From the IMG/VR virus record IMGVR_UViG_3300043423_000103, positions 1-30,250 of that record: a stretch of 30,250 nucleotides of DNA. One strand, 5' to 3'. Shown here in pieces: positions 7,113 through 16,703 of the stretch (positions within the stretch are counted from its first letter, which is position 1; each line of letters starts with the position of its first letter). Position numbers and translations under genes: made by a program. The stretch is from a virus (lineage: Duplodnaviria; Caudoviricetes). The notes below the pieces were generated by a model. That model saw only the letters and a list, made by a program, of their open reading frames with translations. It was not told the origin of the DNA and did no database searches.

Positions 7113-7418
7113 TTAATACCCCCAAATTTCTTCGTCTGATCTGTTCATATACTCATCTTCTGATATTGCCGTCACGTAGTTGCTTACGAACAACAAACCA
7201 CCGTGTTTTTCAGTGTGGTTATCGTCAATACCATCCATTTCTACTCCAACCGTTTTAAAATTTCCCGGATAGACAAAATCACCCCAAGGTTCCTTGTGCT
7301 TTTCTAAAAGGTGTTTACACTGAATGAACGTCTCCTCGTCTTCACAACGTCCGTAGAAAATGTATGTTTGTTGCCCGTAGCAGTACCACAGGGTAGATTC
7401 CACTTTTAGGTATATCAT
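7113..7418 (-). CDS. Hypothetical protein
   Basis: 101-aa ORF with ATGA overlap to the upstream gene. Confidence 0.65.
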   Translation of the reverse strand: MIYLKVESTLWYCYGQQTYIFYGRCEDEETFIQCKHLLEKHKEPWGDFVYPGNFKTVGVEMDGIDDNHTEKHGGLLFVSNYVTAISEDEYMNRSDEEIWGY

Positions 7419-7714
7419 AACTGGCCTAGATCACGGCATAGGTTCCTCACCGAATCAATAGCGTTTACTATTTTTCCGACCGACACTTTACTATGATATG
7501 GGTAGAACCCCACTACAGGGATAGCTGATCCGCTCTCCGGATCATAGCCGTACACGAAATAACAGCCCGTACACCTTATCTCAGTCAGAATTCTACGGAT
7601 CTCCTCGTTTGTGCAGGACAAAGGGAAATGTACAGATCTTATGGTCTCCTTTTCAGACTCCCCGTCCGTTATTAGTTTAACTATGGCGTGTGTAATTTTT
7701 ACCATTTCTGACAA
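7415..7714 (-). CDS. Hypothetical protein
   Basis: 99-aa ORF coupled to the downstream gene; start uncertain. Confidence 0.6.
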   Translation of the reverse strand: MSEMVKITHAIVKLITDGESEKETIRSVHFPLSCTNEEIRRILTEIRCTGCYFVYGYDPESGSAIPVVGFYPYHSKVSVGKIVNAIDSVRNLCRDLGQL

Positions 7715-7791
7715 TCCCAGCTGTGTCGTTGTTGTTCACTTTCATTAGATCCGCTAACTGCAGAAGCCACTTTTCTCGGGCGTTTCCCATG

Positions 7792-8520
7792 TCACATCCT
7801 GTAAAGGCAATAATCCGTGAGACAGGAACCATCCGAGAAGTAAAACACCACTTCGTTAATTCTAGGGCCGGCATGGCGCTCTACGGCTGCTCTGACGTGG
7901 TGTTCGCAGGGGACACCGTACCCCTCCCACCAAACAACTTCCGAGCGGAAATGGTGGTGCCACCCGTTCAGCTTAGACGAACCGCATTCCTCGCTGTAGG
8001 CGGCCAGCTTCATCGTATCCCGCCTAAAGATGAAGCTTTCCCTAGGTTCATCCGAGTAGGCTACGGCTAGCAAGGTGCGCCCCTTCATCTTTCTCTCCAG
8101 TTCAGGGAAAGGTACGCGCTCCGGCGAACGGGGAAACTCCCCTATTATTTCTTTACTAAGAATTTCGGGGTTCAGCCCATACGCCTGTCGCCCGATCCCA
8201 TACCTCATCCTCCCTGTTGGACTATCCCCCGTGGCGCTGAATCGGTAAAAACATACAGCGGACAAAGGGTAGCCGCAGGAGAGGGATGGGCTGCCGCGTT
8301 GCAAGTACTCGCACCACAAAAAGCTTAGGCCGGGAAGATCCCGGGCGCCCCAACTCAAGCGCGCATCCGTGTGGCCCTCCGGGCCATCTTTAGGCAGGAT
8401 TTCGGGGTTCTTAGTTCCGAAGAAGTTTTTACCGTAAACGTAGGGGTTTGCCCTCACATGGAACCATGTTCCCGTGAGATTCTGTACCGCTATCGCGTAC
8501 CTGTCCGCGTCATCCGCCAT
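7792..8520 (-). CDS. Hypothetical protein
   Basis: 242-aa ORF with AGGAAAAG upstream, overlapping the previous stop. Confidence 0.7.
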   Translation of the reverse strand: MADDADRYAIAVQNLTGTWFHVRANPYVYGKNFFGTKNPEILPKDGPEGHTDARLSWGARDLPGLSFLWCEYLQRGSPSLSCGYPLSAVCFYRFSATGDSPTGRMRYGIGRQAYGLNPEILSKEIIGEFPRSPERVPFPELERKMKGRTLLAVAYSDEPRESFIFRRDTMKLAAYSEECGSSKLNGWHHHFRSEVVWWEGYGVPCEHHVRAAVERHAGPRINEVVFYFSDGSCLTDYCLYRM

Positions 8521-8842
8521 TACTTTTCCTGTTCGTTAGGGTTACGGCTTTTTCCCGCCACTCCTCCGCTTTCTTCTGCCACATGTCAGCCATTCTTTCC
8601 GTCTCTTCCGACATGGCCAGACTTAGCCCCTCTATTTCCGGCGTCTGCTGGAGTCCTCGCAGGAAGCTTGCGTATTCTCGCAACCCCAAAACAAATTTTT
8701 CGGCGCTATCAGCGGCGTAACGCCAAGCTGTTACGGCCACCCTTGGGTCTTCCTGAGACTTGGCGACATCCGCCGCGACATACATTTCTGCCGATAGTCT
8801 CATATTTATCGCTCGGTAGCCGTCCAAGCACATTTTAACCAT
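8510..8842 (-). CDS. Hypothetical helical protein
   Basis: 110-aa ORF with AAGGGT SD. Confidence 0.7.
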   Translation of the reverse strand: MVKMCLDGYRAINMRLSAEMYVAADVAKSQEDPRVAVTAWRYAADSAEKFVLGLREYASFLRGLQQTPEIEGLSLAMSEETERMADMWQKKAEEWREKAVTLTNRKSNGG

Positions 8843-8990
8843 ATTCTACCCTTAGTCCTGTAATTGCGTTGGCCCCGCCATAATTATCCCTTCTGCGAAG
8901 TCTCCGCCCAGAAATAGTCTGGGTTTTTTGGGTCGCGGTATGCAACAAACTCGAACTTGATCTTGCCGCGATTGCCGTTTTCGTTGTCCT

Positions 8991-9442
8991 TCACTCTAGC
9001 GCCTCTTTCAGTCGGTTAATATGATATTCGTCGAGTGCGATTTCTACGCTATTATTTCCGGGCCAAGCCCGTTTTGCACTAAGCGCTAGCTTCATCAAAT
9101 GCAAAGCACCTTTCCCGTCTCCTAGGTCACGGCGTACATGGCTGGCCTCCCAAAGCAATTCGGTGTACGCCTCATCCTTCGGTAGATTATGCATGTAAGC
9201 GGATAAAAGCGCGCACTCGTAGAAATAGCTCGCGGCGCTTAGGTTACCTGCATGAAGCGCCGCCGACGCTGTCTTACGGTAAAAGGGGATAGCAAACGTC
9301 GCGTCCCGAGCCGTGCCCCAAAGCGCGAACGCACCCCGGGCAAGCGCGTCAATACGTCACAGTAAGCGGCGAACGCTTCCTTGGGCGTATTGACACGCCC
9401 GGAAGCCTGTGCCCTCTCGATAAATGAGGCTAAAGAGTGCAT
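8991..9442 (-). pseudogene. TPR-like helical protein interrupted by a 1-nt frameshift near 9350 (pseudogene or sequence error)
   Basis: MHSLASFIERAQ...AAYCDV joins in the -1 frame to DALARGAF...FYRKTASAALHAGNLSAASYFYECALL...KEALE. This aligns by eye with the 10700-11176 product. Confidence 0.6.
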
Positions 9443-9891
9443 ACGACAATCCCGATTCCCGTGTCTTCCTCTACCCTCTCAAAAATGGGGGCAACGTTCT
9501 CCCACGTCAAACCGCCTAATCCGCAGCCTATTTTAGGCGCATAGAGAATAGGGGCCCCTTTAATTCTGCAAAAATTTGCAGAATTAAGCAGACAATTATG
9601 GATAGCCCGCCTTTCGGCATAAACCTCATTTGGTCGGTCCCCTCGTTTCCGATGACGTTCTTGAGTGGCGCAATTAAGTACGGTTATGCCGTCTCCCACG
9701 TCTACGGCCCGCACTTTCCCTAGCGTCCACCCTTCGGACCTATGAACCTTCATGTACTCGGACTTCACTTCGGGCCACTGCTCAAAAATCGCGCGGGCTA
9801 CGCCGGCGTTCATGTTACCCTGACAGTTAACCCCGTGCGCGATAACGCACGGACCCTTAACTTTTGTAATGTCTTCGTAAAGGTAATGCAT
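9430..9891 (-). CDS. Macrodomain protein (ADP-ribose binding/glycohydrolase, Poa1p/DarG-like)
   Basis: DIT...IAHGVNCQGNMNAGVARAI...WP and PKIGCGLGGLTWE.V motifs; GGGAGGG SD. Confidence 0.9.
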   Translation of the reverse strand: MHYLYEDITKVKGPCVIAHGVNCQGNMNAGVARAIFEQWPEVKSEYMKVHRSEGWTLGKVRAVDVGDGITVLNCATQERHRKRGDRPNEVYAERRAIHNCLLNSANFCRIKGAPILYAPKIGCGLGGLTWENVAPIFERVEEDTGIGIVVCTL

Positions 9892-9902
9892 GTCCCTCCC
9901 CC

Positions 9903-10346
9903 TTACTTTTCGTAAGTATCTACCTGCAAGCAGGTGACCCCGTTTGCACGCCACATGGCTACGACGGAGTCCCGGTCGTCGAAAATCCCTGACAAGCGTT
10001 TTCGTTCGGAAGGAGTAAGGGCGTCAAGCCACCCCTGTTTAACTTCCGTGTCCGGTCGGAAATCCCCCGATGGCCGCATCCGTAACGGCAGGGAGTCGCC
10101 TCCCTTAACGTGTGCCGTCAGCCACTGTCTCGTCGCCTCAAAGGTATGCTCAGGGCGCCCCGACCATACCCTAACCTCCGCGCCCGCCTGCGCTAACAGC
10201 TCCAGCAAGGAAATGACGTCTTTCTTCGGAGCGTCGTTTTTGCATTCTGCAAAAAATTGCGCCCAATTTTTCGGGCTGCCCTCGACATATTTCCTCCGAT
10301 GAGAGAGGTCGGCCAACGTGCCGTCAAGGTCAAAGATAAACAGCAT
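9903..10346 (-). CDS. HAD-family phosphatase (PNKP 3'-phosphatase-type domain)
   Basis: FDLDGTLAD, SGR, MR..GDFRPD.EVK and FDDR.SVV.MWR.NG motifs. Confidence 0.9.
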   Translation of the reverse strand: MLFIFDLDGTLADLSHRRKYVEGSPKNWAQFFAECKNDAPKKDVISLLELLAQAGAEVRVWSGRPEHTFEATRQWLTAHVKGGDSLPLRMRPSGDFRPDTEVKQGWLDALTPSERKRLSGIFDDRDSVVAMWRANGVTCLQVDTYEK

Positions 10347-10355
10347 GATGTTCCT

Positions 10356-10559
10356 CTAGGGTAAAACTGTCAAGCATGACACTGCTAGGCTTATTATCAA
10401 GATGGCCTGCATGAGCGCGACGACTTTCCCGCACTCTTTCGGGTCTTTGCTACAGAGGGCGAAAAACAAAATCGACCCTAGGTAAAAGCCCGCCACGATA
10501 AGGATATCTCCTAGCGTCACGGCGCGGCAAGCGTTGCCCCAATATTCTATGACCCGCAC
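10356..10559 (-). CDS. Small membrane protein (two hydrophobic segments)
   Basis: ILIVAGFYLGSILFFAL and VVALMQAILIISLAVSCLTVL; AGGAG SD. Confidence 0.6.
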   Translation of the reverse strand: MRVIEYWGNACRAVTLGDILIVAGFYLGSILFFALCSKDPKECGKVVALMQAILIISLAVSCLTVLP

Positions 10560-10699
10560 GGCTGCACTTCTCCTGCTTTATAAGTTTTCTTGCCCTTTTG
10601 GGCTGTCCCTCTGTGTTTACCTTACGGCGTTTCCCCTGTCAAGCTAAAGGAATAGCCGTAGGCGAGCGCTTGCAGGACGTCTTCGCCTACGGCCTTCCC

Positions 10700-11176
10700 T
10701 TAATGCACTCGATCGGAGACGCCCAGACCCTGCGCAAAAATATCAGTATCGTTGCCGCCGTCTTCCCTCTTCGTGGATTCTTCCGAGGAAAAAAGCTCTT
10801 GTACTTTACGAATGCCCTCCAGCGCTAATCCGGCGGCCTCCCAGTCCTGCGCCTTCACACAAGCTAACAAGTGCAGATCAAGTGTATCCGGGAAGAGTTC
10901 GCCTAGAGGAGGACCGTAATCCAGCATTTGGACTAAGGCACAGTCGTATAATCGGATCGCCTCGGTGTACTTGCCGGTGGCGTAGGCGACGTCCCCCATG
11001 TAACGTAGAATAAACATACCGTACTGCCCGACAAGGCTCCCGTCCGTACAGTTGTTCTTTAAAAGCTCGGTAGCCTCACCCAAGATGGATAACGCGGCGA
11101 CATACTGCTTTTTTAGAACAAGCTCTCGGCCTTTTGCTATGAACGTGTGTAAAGTTAAGTGGAGTCCTTCGTTCAT
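10700..11176 (-). CDS. TPR-like helical-repeat protein
   Basis: KKQYVAALSIL and MGDVAYATGKYTEAIRLYDCAL fit a TPR pattern; ATGA overlap with the upstream stop. Confidence 0.65.
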   Translation of the reverse strand: MNEGLHLTLHTFIAKGRELVLKKQYVAALSILGEATELLKNNCTDGSLVGQYGMFILRYMGDVAYATGKYTEAIRLYDCALVQMLDYGPPLGELFPDTLDLHLLACVKAQDWEAAGLALEGIRKVQELFSSEESTKREDGGNDTDIFAQGLGVSDRVH

Positions 11177-12246
11177 TTCCGTGAATCCGCCTGTAATGAT
11201 ACCCCGGAAGAGTTTGCCTGAGTCTCCGGACATTCGCTTTTTGCTAACGTCTTTCCGAACGCCGTCTCGATGCATAACCGCGCAAGTAACCCGGAAGCAC
11301 TCGCCCATAGTAGTTTATAGGCAAAGGCTTCCCCAATACCCCGTACATCGTCCGCGTATTCCCACGGCTCCGTAGCCTCAAGCATTTGCCCGTGGAACTG
11401 GTCTAGCTCTTGGCCGCTACTCCTTAGGGACTCACGAAAAGCAAACAAATTAGGCGCGCTTTCAAGGGCCATCTCCCTTTCACTAAACGAGGAAATTTCA
11501 TGGTGTTTATGCCGCAGGTACTCTATAGCTTCAAGCCATATTCCCGTTGCGTGCGGTTCCCCTTCTTTTACGGGAGACCGCCACGACTTCAGCCATTCCA
11601 CATCTTCGGGGGACAAAACGTCGCCCCGAAGAATCTCCAGCAACGCCTGATCGTAAGCTAGAGCGTAAGTCGCACGTCTGTATCCCATAATGAAGGGCGT
11701 GTTCTGCTGCTTCACGGGCAGGCTAAGTGCACGCCCCAGATCTCGGAAGGTCCGTATCTTCTCCCGCTCGTTAAGCCTGTCATAGGCTGCTCTGCTACAC
11801 CAAAACGTACAGTATGCGCCCGCATCTATGGCTTCCACAAGTGCGGTTCTCTGTCGGCCATGAACGGCGTGTAGCTGCCCCTTAAGTCTCGCAAGCCCCT
11901 CGTGTTCCGTGACCTTATGTGTTTTCGTCGGTTCGTATTCTCCGTTCTTCTCGTTATACGCAAATAGGAGGAGCGAGTCTAAGTAACCTAGCTCGGGAGA
12001 GGGGATATACCGTGCCACATCAAGTTCCACATCCTCGTTTATGTAGAAGCCTGCTTTTATGCGCTCAAACAGATCGTTCGCTTCTTGTTCGGATCGCCTA
12101 AAAAATACTTCAAGGGGGTATAGCCTGCGCCCCTTTGAAAATACTGTCCGTAGCCCATGTACCCCGAATTGTGTAAGCTTGGCCCGATTTCCTGAAGTAA
12201 ACACAGCTTCTATATAATAATAGTTATTAACTTTTGTGCTTTCCAT
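11173..12246 (-). CDS. Hypothetical protein (first gene of the leftward arm)
   Basis: 357-aa ORF with no recognisable motif. Confidence 0.75.
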   Translation of the reverse strand: MESTKVNNYYYIEAVFTSGNRAKLTQFGVHGLRTVFSKGRRLYPLEVFFRRSEQEANDLFERIKAGFYINEDVELDVARYIPSPELGYLDSLLLFAYNEKNGEYEPTKTHKVTEHEGLARLKGQLHAVHGRQRTALVEAIDAGAYCTFWCSRAAYDRLNEREKIRTFRDLGRALSLPVKQQNTPFIMGYRRATYALAYDQALLEILRGDVLSPEDVEWLKSWRSPVKEGEPHATGIWLEAIEYLRHKHHEISSFSEREMALESAPNLFAFRESLRSSGQELDQFHGQMLEATEPWEYADDVRGIGEAFAYKLLWASASGLLARLCIETAFGKTLAKSECPETQANSSGVSLQADSRK

Positions 12247-12300
12247 AGGTGTGGCTTTCTAGGTTTTAGCGTTTTAGCGGGTTCAGTGTCCGCACGCTCG

Positions 12301-12336
12301 ATTATACATGCGTTGCCCGCCGATTCACGCTATAAT
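12301..12336. promoter_or_regulatory. Back-to-back TATAAT -10 boxes in the divergent intergenic region
   Basis: ATTATA at 12301-12306 (TATAAT on -) and TATAAT at 12331-12336 (+); no good -35 boxes. Confidence 0.45.
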
Positions 12337-12406
12337 TTACGGGCAGGACGCGGCCACGCCGTGCCTGTGTTCGATAAATTTTTACATAAGATATTAAGGG
12401 GCCACC

Positions 12407-14200
12407 GTGCGCTTTTCTTCACCCAACCCTCAGAGTTTTTTGGACCCTCAGAGTTTTTTGACCGCCGCAGGCATTACCGTCCTTGAGGGACGGTATATGT
12501 TGCCGGGGGAGACCCCTTCCGGCATGTTTGAGCGCGTCGCCAGAAAATACGGCGACAACGAGGCGCACGCATTCCGCTTGTTTTCCTATATGTCGCGCGG
12601 TTGGTTTATGCCGGCGACCCCTATTCTAAGCAACGGGGGCGCGGAGCGCGGCTACCCTATTTCATGTTTCATTAACGAAACCGACGACAGCCTCGCAGGC
12701 ATACGCGCGCTTTGGGACGAAAATATTCTGCTCGCCGCAGGCGGGGGCGGCTTAGGCAGTTATTGGGGAAATCTACGCTCTATCGGGGAGCAGGTAAAGG
12801 GGAGCGGCGTAACCTCCGGGATCATCCCTTTCATCAAGGTTATGGACTCCATGACGTTAGCGATCTCACAAGGGAGTTTACGTCGGGGCTCCGCCGCCGT
12901 GTACTTGCCCATGTCTCACCCTGAGATTGAAGAATTTCTTGGGATGCGCTACCCCACCGGCGGAGACCCGAATCGTAAGGCGTTGAATATCCATCACGGC
13001 GTAGCCGTGTCGGACGCCTTTATGCAGGCGGTGGAAGACGGGTCGTCGTGGGCGTTAATCAGTCCGGCAAACGGTACGACTGTACGAGAGGTTAGCGCAC
13101 GGGATCTCTGGGTTAAGTTGTTAGTGACTAGGCTAGAGACAGGGGAACCTTATATCCTTTTTACGGACACGGTGAATCGTCTTCGCCCGGAGAGCTATAA
13201 AAAGCTTGGACTGGACGTGAAGACCTCGAACCTATGCAGCGAGATTACGTTGCACACCGGGCCGGATCACCTAGGCGGGCGCCGCACGGCGGTGTGCTGT
13301 TTAAGTTCTCTTAACTTAGAGCACTACCTGACATGGAAGAACGCCGGGTCCGAATGCTTCCCGCAGTTGGTGGAAGATTGCTTGCGCATGTTGGACAACG
13401 TCTTGGAGGACTATATAGCGCATTCGCCCATCCCCGCCGCCGCCTACTCGGCGTTCCGTGAGCGCAGCGTGGGCTTAGGCGTGATGGGGCTGCACTCGTT
13501 CTTCCAGTCGCAAGGTTTGCCGTTCGGCTCCGCAACCGCCCGTGCGTACAATCAGCGGATTTTTTCGGAGCTGCACGGGCACGCGAAAGCCGCCTCCGTG
13601 GCGCTGGCAAAAGAGCGCGGGGCATGTCCCGACGCGGCGGATGCGGGCATTCAGGAGCGGTTTAGTCATATGTTGGCGATAGCCCCGACGGCGTCCATTT
13701 CGCTCATATGCGGAGAATGTTCCCCGGGGATTGAGCCTTACGCGGCTAACAGCTACACCCAAAAAACATCAAACGGGGCGTTAGCCCTTAGAAACCGCTA
13801 CTTAGACCGCCTACTCTCTAAAGGGCTGGGGGGTTCGGAAGGTTTGAACGAGCAGTTAAAGGAAGAAGTATGGTCTCAGATTACTCGTTCCGAGGGCAGC
13901 GTTCAGGAGATAGCGTGTGTAACCGCTTCCGGCAAGGAAGTGTTTCGCACGGCGCACGAGATTAATCAGCACGCTTTAATAAGCCTTGCGGCGGACCGCA
14001 CACCCTATATCTGTCAAGCACAGTCGCTAAACTTATTCCTGCCGCCCGACGTTTCACGACAGGAGTTACACGCTTTACATAAAAGCGCGCACCAGAACGG
14101 GGTAAAAAGCCTGTATTATCTTCGCACGCTACCCATTGAAAGGCCCGACGGTCGCGTGCGTTACATAGATAACGCCGAGGAGTGTTCGGCGTGTCAGTAA
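12407..14200 (+). CDS. nrdA: Ribonucleotide reductase class Ia alpha subunit, no ATP-cone
   Basis: PATPILSN, SCF, GGGLG, SNLCSEI, R.VGLG.MG, APTASIS, KSLYY and C-terminal CxxC (CSACQ). Confidence 0.97.
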   Translation: MRFSSPNPQSFLDPQSFLTAAGITVLEGRYMLPGETPSGMFERVARKYGDNEAHAFRLFSYMSRGWFMPATPILSNGGAERGYPISCFINETDDSLAGIRALWDENILLAAGGGGLGSYWGNLRSIGEQVKGSGVTSGIIPFIKVMDSMTLAISQGSLRRGSAAVYLPMSHPEIEEFLGMRYPTGGDPNRKALNIHHGVAVSDAFMQAVEDGSSWALISPANGTTVREVSARDLWVKLLVTRLETGEPYILFTDTVNRLRPESYKKLGLDVKTSNLCSEITLHTGPDHLGGRRTAVCCLSSLNLEHYLTWKNAGSECFPQLVEDCLRMLDNVLEDYIAHSPIPAAAYSAFRERSVGLGVMGLHSFFQSQGLPFGSATARAYNQRIFSELHGHAKAASVALAKERGACPDAADAGIQERFSHMLAIAPTASISLICGECSPGIEPYAANSYTQKTSNGALALRNRYLDRLLSKGLGGSEGLNEQLKEEVWSQITRSEGSVQEIACVTASGKEVFRTAHEINQHALISLAADRTPYICQAQSLNLFLPPDVSRQELHALHKSAHQNGVKSLYYLRTLPIERPDGRVRYIDNAEECSACQ

Positions 14201-14218
14201 GGGTATGACGGAGGGGTC

Positions 14219-14737
14219 ATGTTAATACGATTGAACTCGGAAAAAGAGCTGCGCCGTTATGGCGCAGCTTCTCTCTCCCAAGTAGGGGACGGCGTCGCGG
14301 AGCGCGTCGCACCGTCCATTGACCGCGCGCGGATTGCCTCAGGGGCACTTGAGTGTGTGCGGGAGCAATTGCCCGGAGTTAGGGGCGTCAACGCCAGTTG
14401 GGCAAAAAGGCATCCGACCTACACGGACCCGTTATCCGGGGCGATTAAACGAACGGTTTTGCTCGAAGATGTAACGTTTACAGCGACATTTGACTTTTTA
14501 GTGCAAGCCTCCGAGCCATGCCTGTTTTACGAGCTTTGTGTGGTGGTTCTCCCTCGCAGCGCTTTATCGGGAGACTCGCGCGCGCACATCATAGACTTTT
14601 ACGCGCAAGAGCTGGCCCGCGCCTTACCAAAGGCTCTGTGCGAGCGCTCCGCCGTTACTCTAGGGTTCTACGGGGTAAAAGTGGTTGAGCGGGTTACTAA
14701 GCCTTTGCGCTGCACGGAGATACGCCGCAATGTCTAG
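14219..14737 (+). CDS. Hypothetical protein
   Basis: 172-aa ORF with GGAGG SD. Confidence 0.7.
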   Translation: MLIRLNSEKELRRYGAASLSQVGDGVAERVAPSIDRARIASGALECVREQLPGVRGVNASWAKRHPTYTDPLSGAIKRTVLLEDVTFTATFDFLVQASEPCLFYELCVVVLPRSALSGDSRAHIIDFYAQELARALPKALCERSAVTLGFYGVKVVERVTKPLRCTEIRRNV

Positions 14738-15209
14738 TTTACGCGAAATTTTTGTGGCGGCAAGCGACGAACTCGAACGGCTGTACTCGGCGAAATTATT
14801 TACTCTGCCATTGAAAGAGTTTTTGAGGGAGTGTAAACTCCGAGGGGAGAGAACACGGCAGCTCGTCGCGGATCTCTCGGCCTTCACGGGACAAAAAGTG
14901 GATATCGTCGTACCGAAGGTAAAAGAATCGCGGCTATGCGCCGTTACGCTTTTACGAATCATCGTTACGGAGCCGAAAGGCGCCGCTTGTGCCCGAGGAA
15001 ATCTGTTTGAGCTGCGCGCGGAGGTGGACGGCTGCGCAGCTCCTCGCCTGTTGCGTCATTGTTACGCGGCGGGAACGGCTCCCGCTGAGCCTGTGTTTAA
15101 ACGCGGTAAGGCAAAAAGAGTGCCGCGTTATCTAGGAAAAGGCCCCGTTACGGTTTATCGTAAGAAAAAACGTGCGGGGCGACCTACAAAAAATAAGAAA
15201 ACGGAGTAG
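14730..15209 (+). CDS. Hypothetical protein with basic C-terminus
   Basis: ATG overlapping the previous stop, GGAG SD, K/R-rich tail. Confidence 0.65.
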   Translation: MSSLREIFVAASDELERLYSAKLFTLPLKEFLRECKLRGERTRQLVADLSAFTGQKVDIVVPKVKESRLCAVTLLRIIVTEPKGAACARGNLFELRAEVDGCAAPRLLRHCYAAGTAPAEPVFKRGKAKRVPRYLGKGPVTVYRKKKRAGRPTKNKKTE

Positions 15210-15351
15210 CAATTATGCGCGGGCCCGAGACGTTTTCAGAGATTCGCAATTCTGGGCAAACGCAATGACCGCATTAACCGCAGAGTTACTGGCGGAGCTG
15301 AACGGTGACGCGTCGCAGGAATAACAAGTACAGTAATTACATGAGGGACAA

Positions 15352-16356
15352 ATGACCTTGCACGATACTCCGCCGTTCGCTCAACGCGATAACGACGCAG
15401 CATCCCTGTTAACCCCGTCAAAAGGATATAAGCCGTTTCGCTATCCGTGGGCGTATGAGCTGTGGCATAAGCAACAGCAAATGCACTGGCTTCCGGACGA
15501 AGTGGCATTGACCGATGACGTGCGGGATTGGCGGACCAATCTGACCCCGTCGGAAAAGCACCTGTTAACGCAAATTTTCAGGTTTTTTACACAGGCCGAC
15601 GTGGATGTAGGCGGCTGCTACATCGACCATTACACTCGCGTGTTTAAGCCGGTGGAAGTACGGATGATGCTGTCCGCGTTTTCCGCGATGGAATCCGTTC
15701 ATATGGCGGCCTACTCGTACCTGCTGGACACGGTAGGTATGCCGGAAACGGAGTACGAGGCGTTCCTGTCCTATAAAGAGATGCGGGACAAGCACGATTA
15801 TATGTCCCGTTTCGGGGCGGATGACGCGGAAGGGTTCGCCTTGACGCTTGCCGTGTTCGGCGCCTTCACAGAAGGGTTGCAGTTGTTCGCGTCGTTCGCT
15901 ATGTTAATGAACTTTCCCCGACTTAACAAAATGAAGGGCATGGGGCAGATCATCACTTGGTCCGTCCGAGACGAGACGTTGCACACGCACGCCATTATAC
16001 TTCTGTATAAAACGTTTGTGGACGAGAACCCTACAATAAACAAAATCGAACTCCACCGACGTATTACGGAGGCGTGCGAAACAATTGTGGGGCATGAAGA
16101 CGCGTTCATCGATCTTGCGTTTTCTCTAGGTGAAATTAAGGGGATGACCGCTGTTGAGGTGAAGCAGTACGTCCGGTATATCGGAGATCTGAGACTGACT
16201 CAATTGGGCCTGCCGGCCCGCTACGGCGTTACTCGTAACCCGTTGCCGTGGATGGATGAAGTCCTCGGAGGAATGGAACACGCTAACTTTTTTGAAATAA
16301 GGCCGACGGCATATGGAAAAGGAACTAAAAACGACTGGACCGACGTCCGGTGGTAA
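15352..16356 (+). CDS. nrdB: Ribonucleotide reductase class Ia beta subunit
   Basis: HW.P.EV, FFTQAD, E.VH..AYS (radical Tyr), FTEG.QLF.SF and RDE.LH; GAGGG SD. Confidence 0.97.
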   Translation: MTLHDTPPFAQRDNDAASLLTPSKGYKPFRYPWAYELWHKQQQMHWLPDEVALTDDVRDWRTNLTPSEKHLLTQIFRFFTQADVDVGGCYIDHYTRVFKPVEVRMMLSAFSAMESVHMAAYSYLLDTVGMPETEYEAFLSYKEMRDKHDYMSRFGADDAEGFALTLAVFGAFTEGLQLFASFAMLMNFPRLNKMKGMGQIITWSVRDETLHTHAIILLYKTFVDENPTINKIELHRRITEACETIVGHEDAFIDLAFSLGEIKGMTAVEVKQYVRYIGDLRLTQLGLPARYGVTRNPLPWMDEVLGGMEHANFFEIRPTAYGKGTKNDWTDVRW

Positions 16357-16369
16357 GAAACGGGCGCCG

Positions 16370-16702
16370 ATGCGCCTGCAACCTGCGCAACCGGTTAGTT
16401 CCGTCGTAGCCACGACGGAGTGGGCAAACAATAACGCCGTCGAACGCGAGTTCTATGCGGCAATGGGGGCCCGGTTAAACCGGGCCAGACGAGCCCTTAA
16501 GGTGCCTAGTCCTCGGGATCCGACCCACCTGCAATCCGCGAGCCTGCAACAAGTGGTCGATCGTGTGGCCGTAACTCAGCTCTGCCCGCAACAGCTCCAG
16601 AAGTACGAGGTAGGAAGCGCTAGGCCCCATTGTTTCGTACTACAACAACTCGCCGATGTACTGGGCGTCAGCGTAGACTACCTAATGAAAGGGAAGGTCT
16701 AA
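16370..16702 (+). CDS. XRE-family HTH DNA-binding protein
   Basis: MGARL..AR...QQLQKYEVG..RP....LQQLADVLGVSVDYLM. Alternative start at 16313. Confidence 0.85.
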   Translation: MRLQPAQPVSSVVATTEWANNNAVEREFYAAMGARLNRARRALKVPSPRDPTHLQSASLQQVVDRVAVTQLCPQQLQKYEVGSARPHCFVLQQLADVLGVSVDYLMKGKV

Positions 16703-16703
16703 A

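Noticed and set aside
2724-9442. Stop-codon reassignment explaining the start-less ORFs
   Set aside because: The interrupting stops differ (TAG, TAA, TGA), and TAG/TAA end conserved genes while TGA forms normal ATGA overlaps. Single indels explain the cases better.
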